NCBI GenBank assembly: GCA_944393275.1 | Contig: CALXZQ010000001.1 | Location: 1 to 48,045, forward strand | DNA from: an uncultured Clostridia bacterium | GTDB taxonomy: Bacteria > Bacillota > Clostridia > TANB77 > CAG-508 | Direction: 5' to 3' | Length of the DNA: 48,045 nt | Shown: positions 26,916-36,935 of the stretch, one piece after another | Layout of the letters: each line of letters opens with the position of its first letter | Numbering within the stretch: position 1 is the first letter of the stretch | Program-made: the position numbers and the translations under genes | Notes under the pieces: model-generated | Told to the model about the DNA's origin: nothing | Database searches by the model: none | Seen by the model: the letters and a program-made list of their open reading frames with translations, nothing else

Positions 26916-27022
26916 ATTTTATATTATTGTTAGTTATAGAAGTAGATTAATAAAAAATTTTTGAGTAAAATTTGTGAGGAGCACTTTGAAAATTAAACTT
27001 TTTTGCAAATAACCTCTATAAA

Positions 27023-27080
27023 CGCTCTAATTGAAAAATAACTCGCGGACTATAAAAAGTTTGTGAGTTATTTTATATAT
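27023..27080 (+). repeat. degenerate copy of the tRNA-Gly 3' end plus terminator region
   Basis: CGCTCTAATTGAAAAATAACTCGCGGACTATAAAAAGTTTGTGAGTTATTTTATATATA aligns with 24121-24180. The terminator hairpin is retained. Confidence 0.65.
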
Positions 27081-27460
27081 ACTACCTTTTAGCAGTGACA
27101 ATGGTAGAGTAGGATCAAGATATGTACCAAAGAGACATCCTATCTATAATGTAAATATGTTTAGATATATAATTGATAAATGAAGGAAGTTGCGTATTAT
27201 GAATAGTACTTTTAGTATTAAAAGACTAAAGAAGAAATAACTATATAGGATACAATTTCAATCCTATCACATACAAACTGAAATTGAAAATATTATATAA
27301 TGTTTACGCTAAAATATAGGAGAAAATTTTTTATGAGCAGAAGAAAATAGAAAAAATATAGAACATATATTATAAGAAATACATTTAAATCTAATTTTTT
27401 CAAAAAAGTGTGACAAAATTTATTTTAAATTGTATTATAAGCAGAAAGGAGAGAAATTAA

Positions 27461-28039
27461 TTGGAAAATATAGAATTACTTAATAAAAAATCAGATAAAG
27501 AGCTATACCAAGCTTTTTTAGATAGTGATAAAGAAGCTCTTAATATACTAATAGCAAGATATCATAAAGAATTGACAAACTTTATACTTACATATGTAAA
27601 AAAAATTGATATTGCTGAAGATATAGTACAAGATTGTTTTATGTATATTATATTAAATCAATACGAATATGATTTTAAATATTCATTTAGAACCTACTTA
27701 TATACATTAGCTAAGTCTCGTTCACTTAATTATTTGAAAAAAGTAAAAAGAACTTCACTTATAGAAGAGGATTTTAATGTTGATGATATAGTACAATTAA
27801 ATTCTAATATAGAAAATGATATTATGAAAAAAGAAGATAAACAAATATTATTTAAAGCATTGAAAAAACTTCCAGAAAAGTACCAAGGCATCATAACTTT
27901 ATATTATTTTAAAGAATTCAAGTACAAAGAAATCTGTAAAATACTAAATCAAAGTATGCCAAAAACTAAAATGATGATTAATAGAGCAAGAAAAAAGTTA
28001 GAAAAAATATTAAGGGAGGTCTATAATTATGATGAATGA
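27461..28039 (+). CDS. RNA polymerase sigma-70 family factor (ECF-like)
   Basis: 192 aa with region 2 (DIVQDCFMYII...FRTYLYTLAKSRSLNYLKK) and region 4 HTH (YQGIITLYYFKEFKYKEICKILNQSMPKTKMMINRARKKL). TTG start follows AAGGAGAG. Confidence 0.85.
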   Translation: MENIELLNKKSDKELYQAFLDSDKEALNILIARYHKELTNFILTYVKKIDIAEDIVQDCFMYIILNQYEYDFKYSFRTYLYTLAKSRSLNYLKKVKRTSLIEEDFNVDDIVQLNSNIENDIMKKEDKQILFKALKKLPEKYQGIITLYYFKEFKYKEICKILNQSMPKTKMMINRARKKLEKILREVYNYDE

Positions 28040-29009
28040 TAAAGAATTTGCTGATAAAGTATGGGAAAAACACCAAAGATATATTAATTCTAATGAAAAA
28101 GATCCTTATTTTAGTAAACACCAATATAAAACAAATAATACTTACAAGAAATTAAGACTTTTATTTAATGTTATTTTGGGATTCGCATTAACTGCAGGCA
28201 TAGTATATGCTAGTATAAAAGGATATGATTTCATTCAAAATAATACTTCTTTTGATTATAAACAAAATACAGGATATGATATTAGCAAAGAAATGCTAAA
28301 CTCGAATGGGTTATATTATACTAAAATATATACATATGAGGATTACATTAACGAAAAAGAATCTTACTCGAATTTTATTGAATTGGAAGAAGCCGATTTT
28401 AAAGATAATTTTCTTTTAATAATAACGGGTGAAAATTATCGTACAACCAATTTACATATTTCAAATATTTATGCTGATGCTCAGACTATGTTTATTGAGT
28501 TAAGAAGGAATACAACATACGATGAAAAAAATACTCATATAGCAGCCAAAATACCTAAAGATTTAGATAGAGAAAAAGTAGAGATTAATAATATTCCTAA
28601 TATTATTAATACACCAGAACACTTTACCAATATAAATAATATAGATGTGAATTATACAGAAGAACAAGCAATATTAGAAGGCTGTTTGGTAATTAAAGAA
28701 CATAAAATAATTTCTCATAATGGAAATGTTTTAGATGAATTTATAGAGAATTATAAAAATGGAAAAGAAGGTTTTTTAAGAATTTATAGAGTTGATATTG
28801 CCGGAATAAAAATAATATTTGATATTGAGAATAAGAATGGAGCTATGAATTTAAGTTGGAGATGTATAAATGGAGAAGATAATGAAATTTATTATCGTAC
28901 AGGAAATAGAATAATTAAATTTGAGGAAATTATAAATGAAAAAGTAAATACTTATGTTTTTATGGATCAGATAGAAAATCAAATGATTTTATGCTCAATA
29001 GAAGTATAA
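28029..29009 (+). CDS. putative anti-sigma factor, single-pass membrane protein with PrcB_C-like and DUF4362-like extracytoplasmic regions
   Basis: Overlaps the sigma gene by 11 nt. Short cytoplasmic N-terminus, one TM helix (LLFNVILGFALTAGIVYASI) and a large outer domain. The domain calls are from memory only. Confidence 0.5.
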   Translation: MMNDKEFADKVWEKHQRYINSNEKDPYFSKHQYKTNNTYKKLRLLFNVILGFALTAGIVYASIKGYDFIQNNTSFDYKQNTGYDISKEMLNSNGLYYTKIYTYEDYINEKESYSNFIELEEADFKDNFLLIITGENYRTTNLHISNIYADAQTMFIELRRNTTYDEKNTHIAAKIPKDLDREKVEINNIPNIINTPEHFTNINNIDVNYTEEQAILEGCLVIKEHKIISHNGNVLDEFIENYKNGKEGFLRIYRVDIAGIKIIFDIENKNGAMNLSWRCINGEDNEIYYRTGNRIIKFEEIINEKVNTYVFMDQIENQMILCSIEV

Positions 29010-29094
29010 CATATTTTAATTTATTTAACTTTGAATGCAATAAAGATGATAATATTGTATAATGTTAAAGTTGGCGATATGAGTATTGTCAATG

Positions 29095-29139
29095 TGCACC
29101 TTAAATACTAATTAACAGTTTATTGAGTATTTAGGTGCA
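29095..29139 (+). promoter_or_regulatory. long imperfect palindrome upstream of the SH3 gene (operator or leader hairpin)
   Basis: TGCACCTTAAATACT...AGTATTTAGGTGCA: 14 bp with a 1-nt bulge and a 16-nt loop. No T-run follows. Confidence 0.3.
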
Positions 29140-29179
29140 GAATGCTCGAAAGGAATTTAGCTAATGGAGGGTAAAATTT

Positions 29180-29932
29180 ATGACAGTATTTAAACGGCGT
29201 TTTGTATTGCTAGCATTGGTTCTTGTAACAATGCTCACATTGTTTCCAATGACGCAGGCGCATGCAGCAGAAGATTGGCTCTATGGAGGTCAAGAAATCG
29301 CATGGGAAAACCTGCCGGTATACTCTGACAGATACGGAAGCTCACGGATTGGTACAATCTTTAAATATGAAGGATTCACCGTACTTCGTGACAACTTCCC
29401 AGAAAGATACTGGTGGGTAGAATATAGCACATCGAATGGTGCTAAAAGAGGATATTTGATATTTGAATACAGTGATGAAGTGCATCAAAGAGGAAGCGGA
29501 CTGGCAACTGTTAAGAATACGACCAGTCTGTATTACGGTACCAATTCCTATGATTATCAAAAATCCGGTACAGTATATGCTGGGGAATACATTGTTATTT
29601 TGGCCAAAAATGATGACTGGGTATATGTTGAATATAACACAACATCCGGTAGAAAACGTGGCTATATGTCCTATTCTAACCTCAATGTAATTAACAGACC
29701 TGGTGTATTTGACGACTTATATACATTCGAAAATTCAGGAGTACATGAGTACTATTCTGGAAGGCATAATGTATATGCAGGTCCTACAACCCAGTATCCA
29801 TCCATTGGATATATTGAGAATGAAGAAGTGATTAATTATGGTTACTATTGGCTTGAGAGCGGTGAGAGGAGTACCTATATCGAATACTATGTAAATGGTA
29901 CGAATCAAAAGAAATCCGGCTTTATTGTTTGA
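29180..29932 (+). CDS. secreted protein with three SH3b-like repeats (GC-elevated cassette 2)
   Basis: Signal peptide MTVFKRRFVLLALVLVTMLTLFPMTQAHA. Repeats end WVEYSTSNGAKRGYL, WVYVEYNTTSGRKRGYM and TYIEYYVNGTNQKKSGF. RBS GGAGG lies 9 nt upstream. 47% G+C on a counted 60-nt line. Confidence 0.75.
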   Translation: MTVFKRRFVLLALVLVTMLTLFPMTQAHAAEDWLYGGQEIAWENLPVYSDRYGSSRIGTIFKYEGFTVLRDNFPERYWWVEYSTSNGAKRGYLIFEYSDEVHQRGSGLATVKNTTSLYYGTNSYDYQKSGTVYAGEYIVILAKNDDWVYVEYNTTSGRKRGYMSYSNLNVINRPGVFDDLYTFENSGVHEYYSGRHNVYAGPTTQYPSIGYIENEEVINYGYYWLESGERSTYIEYYVNGTNQKKSGFIV

Positions 29933-30007
29933 GATGCAAAAGTATATGCGAACTTTATATGGTAAGTAATATTTAAACATTAATAAGCAATTCCTTTCGA
30001 GTATGGG

Positions 30008-30037
30008 CAAGGACCCCCACTGGGGGTCCTTGGTCTT
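30008..30037 (+). terminator. GC-rich terminator of the SH3 gene
   Basis: CAAGGACCCCC-ACT-GGGGGTCCTTG followed by GTCTTTT. Confidence 0.8.
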
Positions 30038-30039
30038 TT

Positions 30040-30300
30040 ATAAGTAACATACTTAGATAATTCTTTTGAAATATAATCATTTCTAAAGTTTCTGCTCATT
30101 ATATGACTAATAATAAATGTTTCACATTGTTTAAGTTCTTTAGAAGAATATTCATTATTTTTAATTTTATATCCTACTTCATTTAATAATATTTAATCTT
30201 TTATAAAAAGTTCAGTTTTTAAGTTGTTATGAAATGTATCATATTTGCCTGTTAAAAGTCTGATTGCTATAGTTTTTAAGTTACTGGATTATTTTCTATT
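30040..30300 (-). pseudogene. remnant of an AT-rich host gene truncated at the edge of cassette 2
   Basis: Minus-strand fragments ...TIAIRLLTGKYDTFHNNLKTELFIKD and ILLNEVGYKIKNNEYSSKELKQCETFIISHIMSRNFRNDYISKELSKYVTYK. The second runs straight into the GC-rich terminator sequence. No start codon or family recognised. Confidence 0.35.
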
Positions 30301-30440
30301 TCTTTTTCATTATAATTATTATTTATAATTTATACCCCATACTAAGAATGATGTTACTTATTATATATTTAATATGGGAAATATCTATAATTCTATTGAA
30401 TTTAAACAATAATTTATATATAATCTTTTTAAGAGAATAT

Positions 30441-30480
30441 AGTTCGTGACTTGTATGCTATTTGTTTGAAAAAAACAATA
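30441..30480 (+). repeat. degenerate copy of the tRNA-Gly 3' end region, matched to the 25448 copy
   Basis: AGTTCGTGACTTGTATGCTATTTGTTTGAAAAAAAC against AGTTCGTAACTTGTATCTTATTCGCTCCACTTGAAAATAAC at 25450. Confidence 0.55.
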
Positions 30481-30554
30481 CAAATATTTGCACGTTTTTA
30501 TACTTGATTTTTATAGTTATAATAATGTAATAGAGAAATAAAGGGGCAATTTAT

Positions 30555-32310
30555 ATGGAAGAAGAAATGAAACAAAAAAATCGAAAAAAATATTAACATT
30601 TATTATTTTACTAGTTATAATCTTAATAGGTATAGTAATTTTCTTAGGAATAATGTTAAAAGACGAAATTAATTTAGGAAAAAACAAAATTGATGATTGG
30701 GAATTTTCAGCAGAAAATATTAAAGGAAGTTATAAGGATACGGAAACGGATTTAACTGCAAGCACCCTTGATTCTAATATGGGTCTTTCAACAGGTGGAG
30801 CAAAAGATGTTAATAATTTCAGAGAAAACATAGAAAATGGATATCTTCCAATATCTACAGATATAACATATAATGGATTATTCTATGATTATACATTTGA
30901 TACAGGAAATACAAATCAAGAGTCAGAAGAATTATTCTCTCCATCATATTCTACAGCTATATCACAAGATCCAATATCTGAAGAAGATGAATATTATATA
31001 ACAGTAGGGCTTAATTCAAACATAAAAGAAAATGACTTCTCAAGGAGAAAGCTAAATTTAGTGGTTGTATTAGATATATCTGGATCAATGAGTTCAAAAT
31101 TAGATACATATTACTATGATTATAGTGAAGAAACAGAGGACTCTAATAAAACTAAAATGGAACTAGCAAATGAATCTGTTAATATACTAATAGACCAATT
31201 AAATGATGATGATAGATTTGGAATGGTTTTATTTGATAACTCAGCTTACATGGCAAAACCAATGAATTTAGTTGGAAAAACAGATATGGAAGCTATAAAA
31301 GGACATATTTTAGAAATAGAAGCGAATGGTGGAACTAATTTTGAAAGTGGATACACAAAAGCAACAGAATTATTCAAAGAATACATTAATGAAGACAAAA
31401 ATGAATATGAAAACAGAATAATTGTTATAACAGATGCAATGCCAAATTATGGAACTACTTCTAGTGAAGGGTTAATGTCTTATGTTAGTGATAATGCAAA
31501 TAATAGCATTTATACAACCTTTATAGGAGTTGGGGTAGATTTTAATACAGAATTAATTGAAGCTATATCAAATGTGAGAGGAGCAAATTATTATTCTGTT
31601 CATAGTTCATCAGAATTTAAGGAAAGAATGGGTGAACAATTTGAATATATGGTTACACCATTAGTATTTGATTTACAGTTAAATTTACAATCAAATGATT
31701 ATGAAATAGTTGATGTATATGGTTCAGATACTGTAAACAAAGAAAATGGTAATACAATGAATATTAATACTCTATTTCCTTCCAAAACAACAAGTGATGG
31801 AGAAGTAAAAGGCGGAGTAATATTACTAAAATTAGCTAGAAAGAATAGTGGGTCTGAAAATATAACTTTAAATGTTTCGTATAAAGATAGAGAAGGAAAT
31901 GAATATAAAAATTCACAAATAGTTGAATTTAAAGTAAATCAAATACAAGTACTTGATATTAACCAAAGCCTAGAATACTATGATAATACAGGAATAAGAA
32001 AAGCAATATTACTTACAAGATATGCAAATGCTTTAAAAAATTGGACATTATATGAGCGAAGTGAAAAAGATGATAGATTTATAATAACTCCTAATACGGG
32101 TATAACAGATTGTTCATATACAGAAGAGAAATATATCAGATATTAGGAGAAAACGAAAGAACAGCAGTAGAATTAACAGTGAGTGATGAATATAAAGATA
32201 TATTCAATAAAATAAAAACTTATATTGAACAAGAAAATAGTGAAATACAAGATGATACTTTAAATCAAGAAATAGAAATATTAAATAAACTAATAAACCT
32301 AGAGTCTTAA
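30555..32310 (+). pseudogene. membrane-anchored von Willebrand factor A (VWA) domain protein gene with two frame breaks
   Basis: The main ORF 30653-32146 has MIDAS VVLDISGSMSS, ANGGTNFESG and IVITDAMPNYG. The ATG at 30555 (RBS AAGGGG) and the TM segment KKILTFIILLVIILIGIVIFLGI are in different frames, separated by A7 tracts at 30574-30580 and 30584-30590. The C-terminal 66-aa continuation (32110-32310) is in the -1 frame. Confidence 0.6.
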
Positions 32311-32623
32311 ATGATTCTAGGTTTTAAAAAATATTAAAATGTTGGTATAAATTTTTATATTGGATATTAAAAAATTGAATAAGAGATACCAATTATACAA
32401 AAATCATGAGAAAAACAGTAAAGTTTTAAAATAAGGATTTAAAAGAATATTGTCAGGAGAAGATGTGAATTTTTTAGCTATTACAATAAGAGTAGCCTAA
32501 TATAAACTTAATCAAAAAGTGTCTAACTTTTAAGGTTCGGCTTAGTGTCTACTTTCATCTTTTCACTTCTAATTTACCAATAGATTAATATGATTAGCTA
32601 TATAAGTTATCATTTATTTCTTT

Positions 32624-33160
32624 TTAAAACTCATATTCTGTATAATCACAATTTTTTAATACTAGACTTAATAAATTATCATCTTGAGGTATACCATTAA
32701 AATAACAATTTACAGGAATACTTACTCCACCATGAGCAACTAATAAAATATTTTTTCCAGGGTATGTTTTTTTAATATCATCTAAAAATGAATAAATTCT
32801 ATTAAAGAAATCTCGTATATTTTCAGCTCTTTCATATTTAATGTTACGCTTATAACTCCAAAAACCGTTATAGTCAAAATCCTCTGTATGTTTTCCTTCA
32901 AATTCGCCAAAGTCTCTTTCAGAAATTCTATCATCATAAATAATTTGAATATTTCTTCCATGATTAATAATATTAGCAGTTTGTTTTGCTCTATTTAATG
33001 GTGAGCATATAATTAAATCAATATTTTCAGATAATAGTTTTTCTCTTGTTTCTTCTGCTTGTTTTTTACCGGTTTCATTTAAATTAATATCTGCTTTTCC
33101 TTGAACCTTGTGCTCAGCATTCCAATCAGTTTGACCATGTCGTGTAATAAGTATGCTCAT
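32624..33160 (-). CDS. histidine phosphatase family protein (phosphoglycerate mutase-like)
   Basis: 178 aa with ILITRHGQTDWN (the RHG motif) and VAHGGV. Confidence 0.9.
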   Translation of the reverse strand: MSILITRHGQTDWNAEHKVQGKADINLNETGKKQAEETREKLLSENIDLIICSPLNRAKQTANIINHGRNIQIIYDDRISERDFGEFEGKHTEDFDYNGFWSYKRNIKYERAENIRDFFNRIYSFLDDIKKTYPGKNILLVAHGGVSIPVNCYFNGIPQDDNLLSLVLKNCDYTEYEF

Positions 33161-33322
33161 ATAAATCCTCTCCTTTATACTAATGAATTATACAATGAAT
33201 AATAAAAATTGACTATAGTTTTTTACTAAATAATGTAAGTAAAATTATTTAGTAATTTTATGAATAATATAGATATAAAAAAGAAGTTATGTTATATTAT
33301 AAAATGTAAGGAGAGTGAAGAT

Positions 33323-34138
33323 ATGACTAGTGAAAAAGAATTAAAAGAAATTGCAAATAAAATAAGAATAGGTGTTATAGAAGCGGTATACAATGGAAAA
33401 TCAGGACATCCAGGAGGTTCCCTTTCTATAGCAGATATTCTAGCTGTTTTATATTTCAATGAAATGAATATATATCCTCAAGATCCTAAAGCTGAGAATA
33501 GGGATAGATTTGTATTATCTAAAGGTCATTGTTCGCCAGCATTATATAGTGCACTAGCATTAAGAGGATTTTTTAATTATGATGAATTATTAAAATTTAG
33601 AAATATAGAAAGTAATCTACAAGGACATCCCGATATGAATAAAGTACCAGGTGTTGATATGACAACAGGTTCATTAGGACAGGGATTGTCTGCAGCTAAT
33701 GGAATGGCAATAGCAGGAAAGTTAGATAATAAAGACTATAGAGTATATGCAATTTTAGGTGATGGAGAAATAGAAGAAGGACAAATTTGGGAAGCTGCAA
33801 TGACATCAAATAAGTACAAATTGGATAACTTATGTGTAATTGTAGACAATAACAATTTACAAATAGATGGAACAATAGAAGAAGTTATGAGTTCATATCC
33901 AATAGACGAGAAATTTAGAAGTTTTGGATTTGAAGTTATAAATATAAATGGAAATGAAATATCAGAAATATTAGAAGCTTTTGATAAGGCAAAAAAAACT
34001 AAAGGAAAACCTACAGCAATAATTGCTAGAACAATTAAAGGAAAAGGTGTATCTTTTATGGAAAACCAAGTAGGGTGGCATGGAAAAGCACCAAATGAAG
34101 AACAATATAAAATAGCAATGAAAGAATTAGGTTATTAA
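33323..34138 (+). CDS. transketolase, N-terminal (TPP-binding) subunit
   Basis: SGHPGGSLS and GDGEIEEGQIWEA. ATG 33323 follows AAGGAGAG. The track start at 33260 lacks an RBS. Confidence 0.9.
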   Translation: MTSEKELKEIANKIRIGVIEAVYNGKSGHPGGSLSIADILAVLYFNEMNIYPQDPKAENRDRFVLSKGHCSPALYSALALRGFFNYDELLKFRNIESNLQGHPDMNKVPGVDMTTGSLGQGLSAANGMAIAGKLDNKDYRVYAILGDGEIEEGQIWEAAMTSNKYKLDNLCVIVDNNNLQIDGTIEEVMSSYPIDEKFRSFGFEVININGNEISEILEAFDKAKKTKGKPTAIIARTIKGKGVSFMENQVGWHGKAPNEEQYKIAMKELGY

Positions 34139-34287
34139 TAATTTAGAACAAGAACATAAGAGCCAATGTGTATGATATGTTTTTATTGAATAGGAATAAA
34201 TAATATTTTTAAAGACAGATAAGTTTAGCTGAATCTGAAAATCAATAGGATAAAATCTAACAAATTAAAGTTAAGGAGAATTCTAAT

Positions 34288-35229
34288 ATGAATATTAATT
34301 ATGAAGTCAAAAAAGCGACAAGACAAAGTTATGGAGAAGCATTAAAAGAATTAGGAGAAAAATATAATGATATTGTAGTTTTAGATGCAGATTTATCTTC
34401 AGCAACTAAAACAGAGCTATTTGCTAAAGAATTTCCAAATAGATTTTTTGATATTGGAATAGCAGAACAAGATATGATGGGAACAGCAGCAGGTTTAGCA
34501 ACTTGTAATAAAATCCCATATGTTAGCACATTTGCTGTATTTGCAGCAGGACGAGCTTATGATCAAATTAGAAATAGTATATGTTATCCAAAATTAAATG
34601 TTAAAATATGTGCAACTCATTGTGGAGTAACAGTAGGAGAAGACGGCGCAACACATCAAATGCTAGAAGACATAAGCTTAATGAGAACATTACCTAATAT
34701 GACAGTAGTTTCTGTATCTGATGATACACAAGCAAAATGGGCAGTACAAGAAATATATAATATAAATGGACCAGTATATTTAAGATTAGCAAGACTTGCA
34801 ACTCCAATTATATATGATGCAAATGATAAATTTGAAATAGGAAAAGGTATACAAATAGGAGATGGAACTGATGCAACCGTAATTGCAACAGGAGTAACAG
34901 TTGCAGAAGCAATAAAAGCAAAAGAAAAATTGCAAAGTGAAGGAAAAAATATAAGAGTTATAGACATGCATACTATAAAACCAATAGATAAGGATATTAT
35001 TATAAAAGCTGCTAAAGAAACTAAGCATATTATTACAGTTGAAGACCATAGTATTATAGGAGGTTTAGGCTCTAGTGTATGTGAAGTACTTTCTGAAAAT
35101 TATCCTAAAATAGTACATAGAATGGGAATTAAAGATACTTTTGGTAAATCTGGTAAAGCTGAGGAATTATTAAAATATTTTAAAATTGATAGTAATGCAA
35201 TATGTGAAAAAATAACAAAATTAGTATAA
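34288..35229 (+). CDS. transketolase, C-terminal (pyrimidine-binding) subunit
   Basis: 313 aa with FFDIGIAEQDMMGTAAGLA and GEDGATHQ. RBS AAGGAG. Confidence 0.9.
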   Translation: MNINYEVKKATRQSYGEALKELGEKYNDIVVLDADLSSATKTELFAKEFPNRFFDIGIAEQDMMGTAAGLATCNKIPYVSTFAVFAAGRAYDQIRNSICYPKLNVKICATHCGVTVGEDGATHQMLEDISLMRTLPNMTVVSVSDDTQAKWAVQEIYNINGPVYLRLARLATPIIYDANDKFEIGKGIQIGDGTDATVIATGVTVAEAIKAKEKLQSEGKNIRVIDMHTIKPIDKDIIIKAAKETKHIITVEDHSIIGGLGSSVCEVLSENYPKIVHRMGIKDTFGKSGKAEELLKYFKIDSNAICEKITKLV

Positions 35230-35323
35230 TATTTTAAATACAAAGTATTGCATAAAACGACATTTATTGTTATCATAAAATATAGATATTAAAATATTTT
35301 ACATAATAAGGAGCAGTTTTAAT

Positions 35324-36010
35324 ATGATAGAATTTAGAAATGTTAATAAAACTTATGATACAGGAATTGAAGCGGTTATAAATGCTAATTTTACGATAGA
35401 AAAAGGAGAATTTGCCTTTTTAGTCGGTTCATCTGGATCAGGAAAATCAACATTAATTAAACTTATTTTAAAAGAAGAAGAACCTACATCTGGAAATATA
35501 ATCATAAATGGAAAAGATACAACATTTATAAAGCCTAATAGAATTCCTTATCTTCGTAGAAGTATGGGAGTTGTATTTCAAGATTTTAGACTTTTACCAG
35601 ATAAAACAGTATATGAAAATGTAGCATTTGCTATGTATATAGTTAAAGCAACACCAAGACATATAAGAAGACAAGTACCAATGGTATTATCTTTAGTAGG
35701 ATTAAGTGGGAAAGCTAAAATGTATCCAAATGAATTATCAGGAGGAGAACAACAAAGAGTAGCATTAGCTAGAGCATTAGTTAATAATCCATCAATGATT
35801 ATTGCAGATGAGCCTACAGGAAACTTAGACCCAGATACTGCTTGGGATATTATGAACTTACTAAATGAAATTAATATGAGAGGAACAACTGTAGTTGTTG
35901 CAACACATGCTAAAGATATAGTAGATACTATGAAAAAAAGAGTTATACACATTAAAAAAGGTGTAATAGTAAAAGATGATAAAAAAGGTGGTTATGACTT
36001 TGAGATATAA
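35324..36010 (+). CDS. ftsE: cell division ATP-binding protein FtsE
   Basis: Walker A GSSGSGKST, signature LSGGEQQR, Walker B IIADEPTGNLD. Followed by ftsX. Confidence 0.9.
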   Translation: MIEFRNVNKTYDTGIEAVINANFTIEKGEFAFLVGSSGSGKSTLIKLILKEEEPTSGNIIINGKDTTFIKPNRIPYLRRSMGVVFQDFRLLPDKTVYENVAFAMYIVKATPRHIRRQVPMVLSLVGLSGKAKMYPNELSGGEQQRVALARALVNNPSMIIADEPTGNLDPDTAWDIMNLLNEINMRGTTVVVATHAKDIVDTMKKRVIHIKKGVIVKDDKKGGYDFEI

Positions 36011-36923
36011 TACAATAACTTATTTAGTTGGAGAAGGGTTTAGAAATATATTAAAAAACAAAAAATCAACAAGTGCGTCGCTTATAATAATGTGCTTAAC
36101 AATGCTTATTTTTGGTGTTTTCTTTATAATAGGTGAAAATATAAACAGTGTTATGGAACAAATAGAAGGAACACAAGGAATAGAAGTATTTTTAAATGAT
36201 ATATCAGAAGAAAAAACAAAAGAAGTTGGGGACTATATTAGAAACATTGATGGTGTAAGCACAGTACAATATAAAACGAAAGAGCAAGCACTAAATCAAT
36301 TAAAAAGCCAATTTGGTGAAAATGCATATTTATTAAATGGATATGATGAAGAAAATATATTTCCTGCATCATATATTGTTATGTTAGATGACTTGACGAA
36401 AAGTAGTGAAGTACAGGCGATTATAAGAGATATTGATAAAAATGTAGAAAATGAAGATGATAGAGTAATTAGTGAAATTGCAAGTAGTGACCAAACTATA
36501 GCAACATTAGTTAGTTTAGCAAATGGGATAAAATTGGTAACAGGAGTTATCTTAGTATTTTTAATACTTATTTCAGTATTTATAATAGCAAATACTATAA
36601 AGCTTACTGTTCATGCAAGAAGAAAAGAAATATCTATAATGAAGTATGTTGGAGCTACTAATAGCTTTATTAGATGGCCTTTTATAGTAGAAGGTATCAT
36701 ATTAGGATTAATTTCGGGAGCAATATCATTATTAATAGTAGGTGTAGCATATAATGCAATTATTCAAAAAATATTAGATTCAACAGTTATGATTGCGATG
36801 AACTTATCATTAGTAAGCTTTTCAGAAATGTTTACATTAATAGCTGTTGTATATTTGTTATTAGGAACAGGAATAGGAGTGATAGGAAGTAGTATTTCTA
36901 TGCGCAAGTATTTAAAGGTATAG
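35994..36923 (+). CDS. ftsX: cell division permease FtsX
   Basis: Start MTLRYNTITYLVGEGFRNI, an extracellular loop domain and three C-terminal TM helices. Overlaps the ftsE stop. Confidence 0.88.
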   Translation: MTLRYNTITYLVGEGFRNILKNKKSTSASLIIMCLTMLIFGVFFIIGENINSVMEQIEGTQGIEVFLNDISEEKTKEVGDYIRNIDGVSTVQYKTKEQALNQLKSQFGENAYLLNGYDEENIFPASYIVMLDDLTKSSEVQAIIRDIDKNVENEDDRVISEIASSDQTIATLVSLANGIKLVTGVILVFLILISVFIIANTIKLTVHARRKEISIMKYVGATNSFIRWPFIVEGIILGLISGAISLLIVGVAYNAIIQKILDSTVMIAMNLSLVSFSEMFTLIAVVYLLLGTGIGVIGSSISMRKYLKV

Positions 36924-36935
36924 ATAGGAGTGAAT

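Noticed and set aside
29735-30010. A 91-aa minus-strand ORF overlapping the end of the SH3 gene.
   Set aside because: It is antisense to a well-supported secreted-protein gene and reads through the inverted repeat. It has no RBS.
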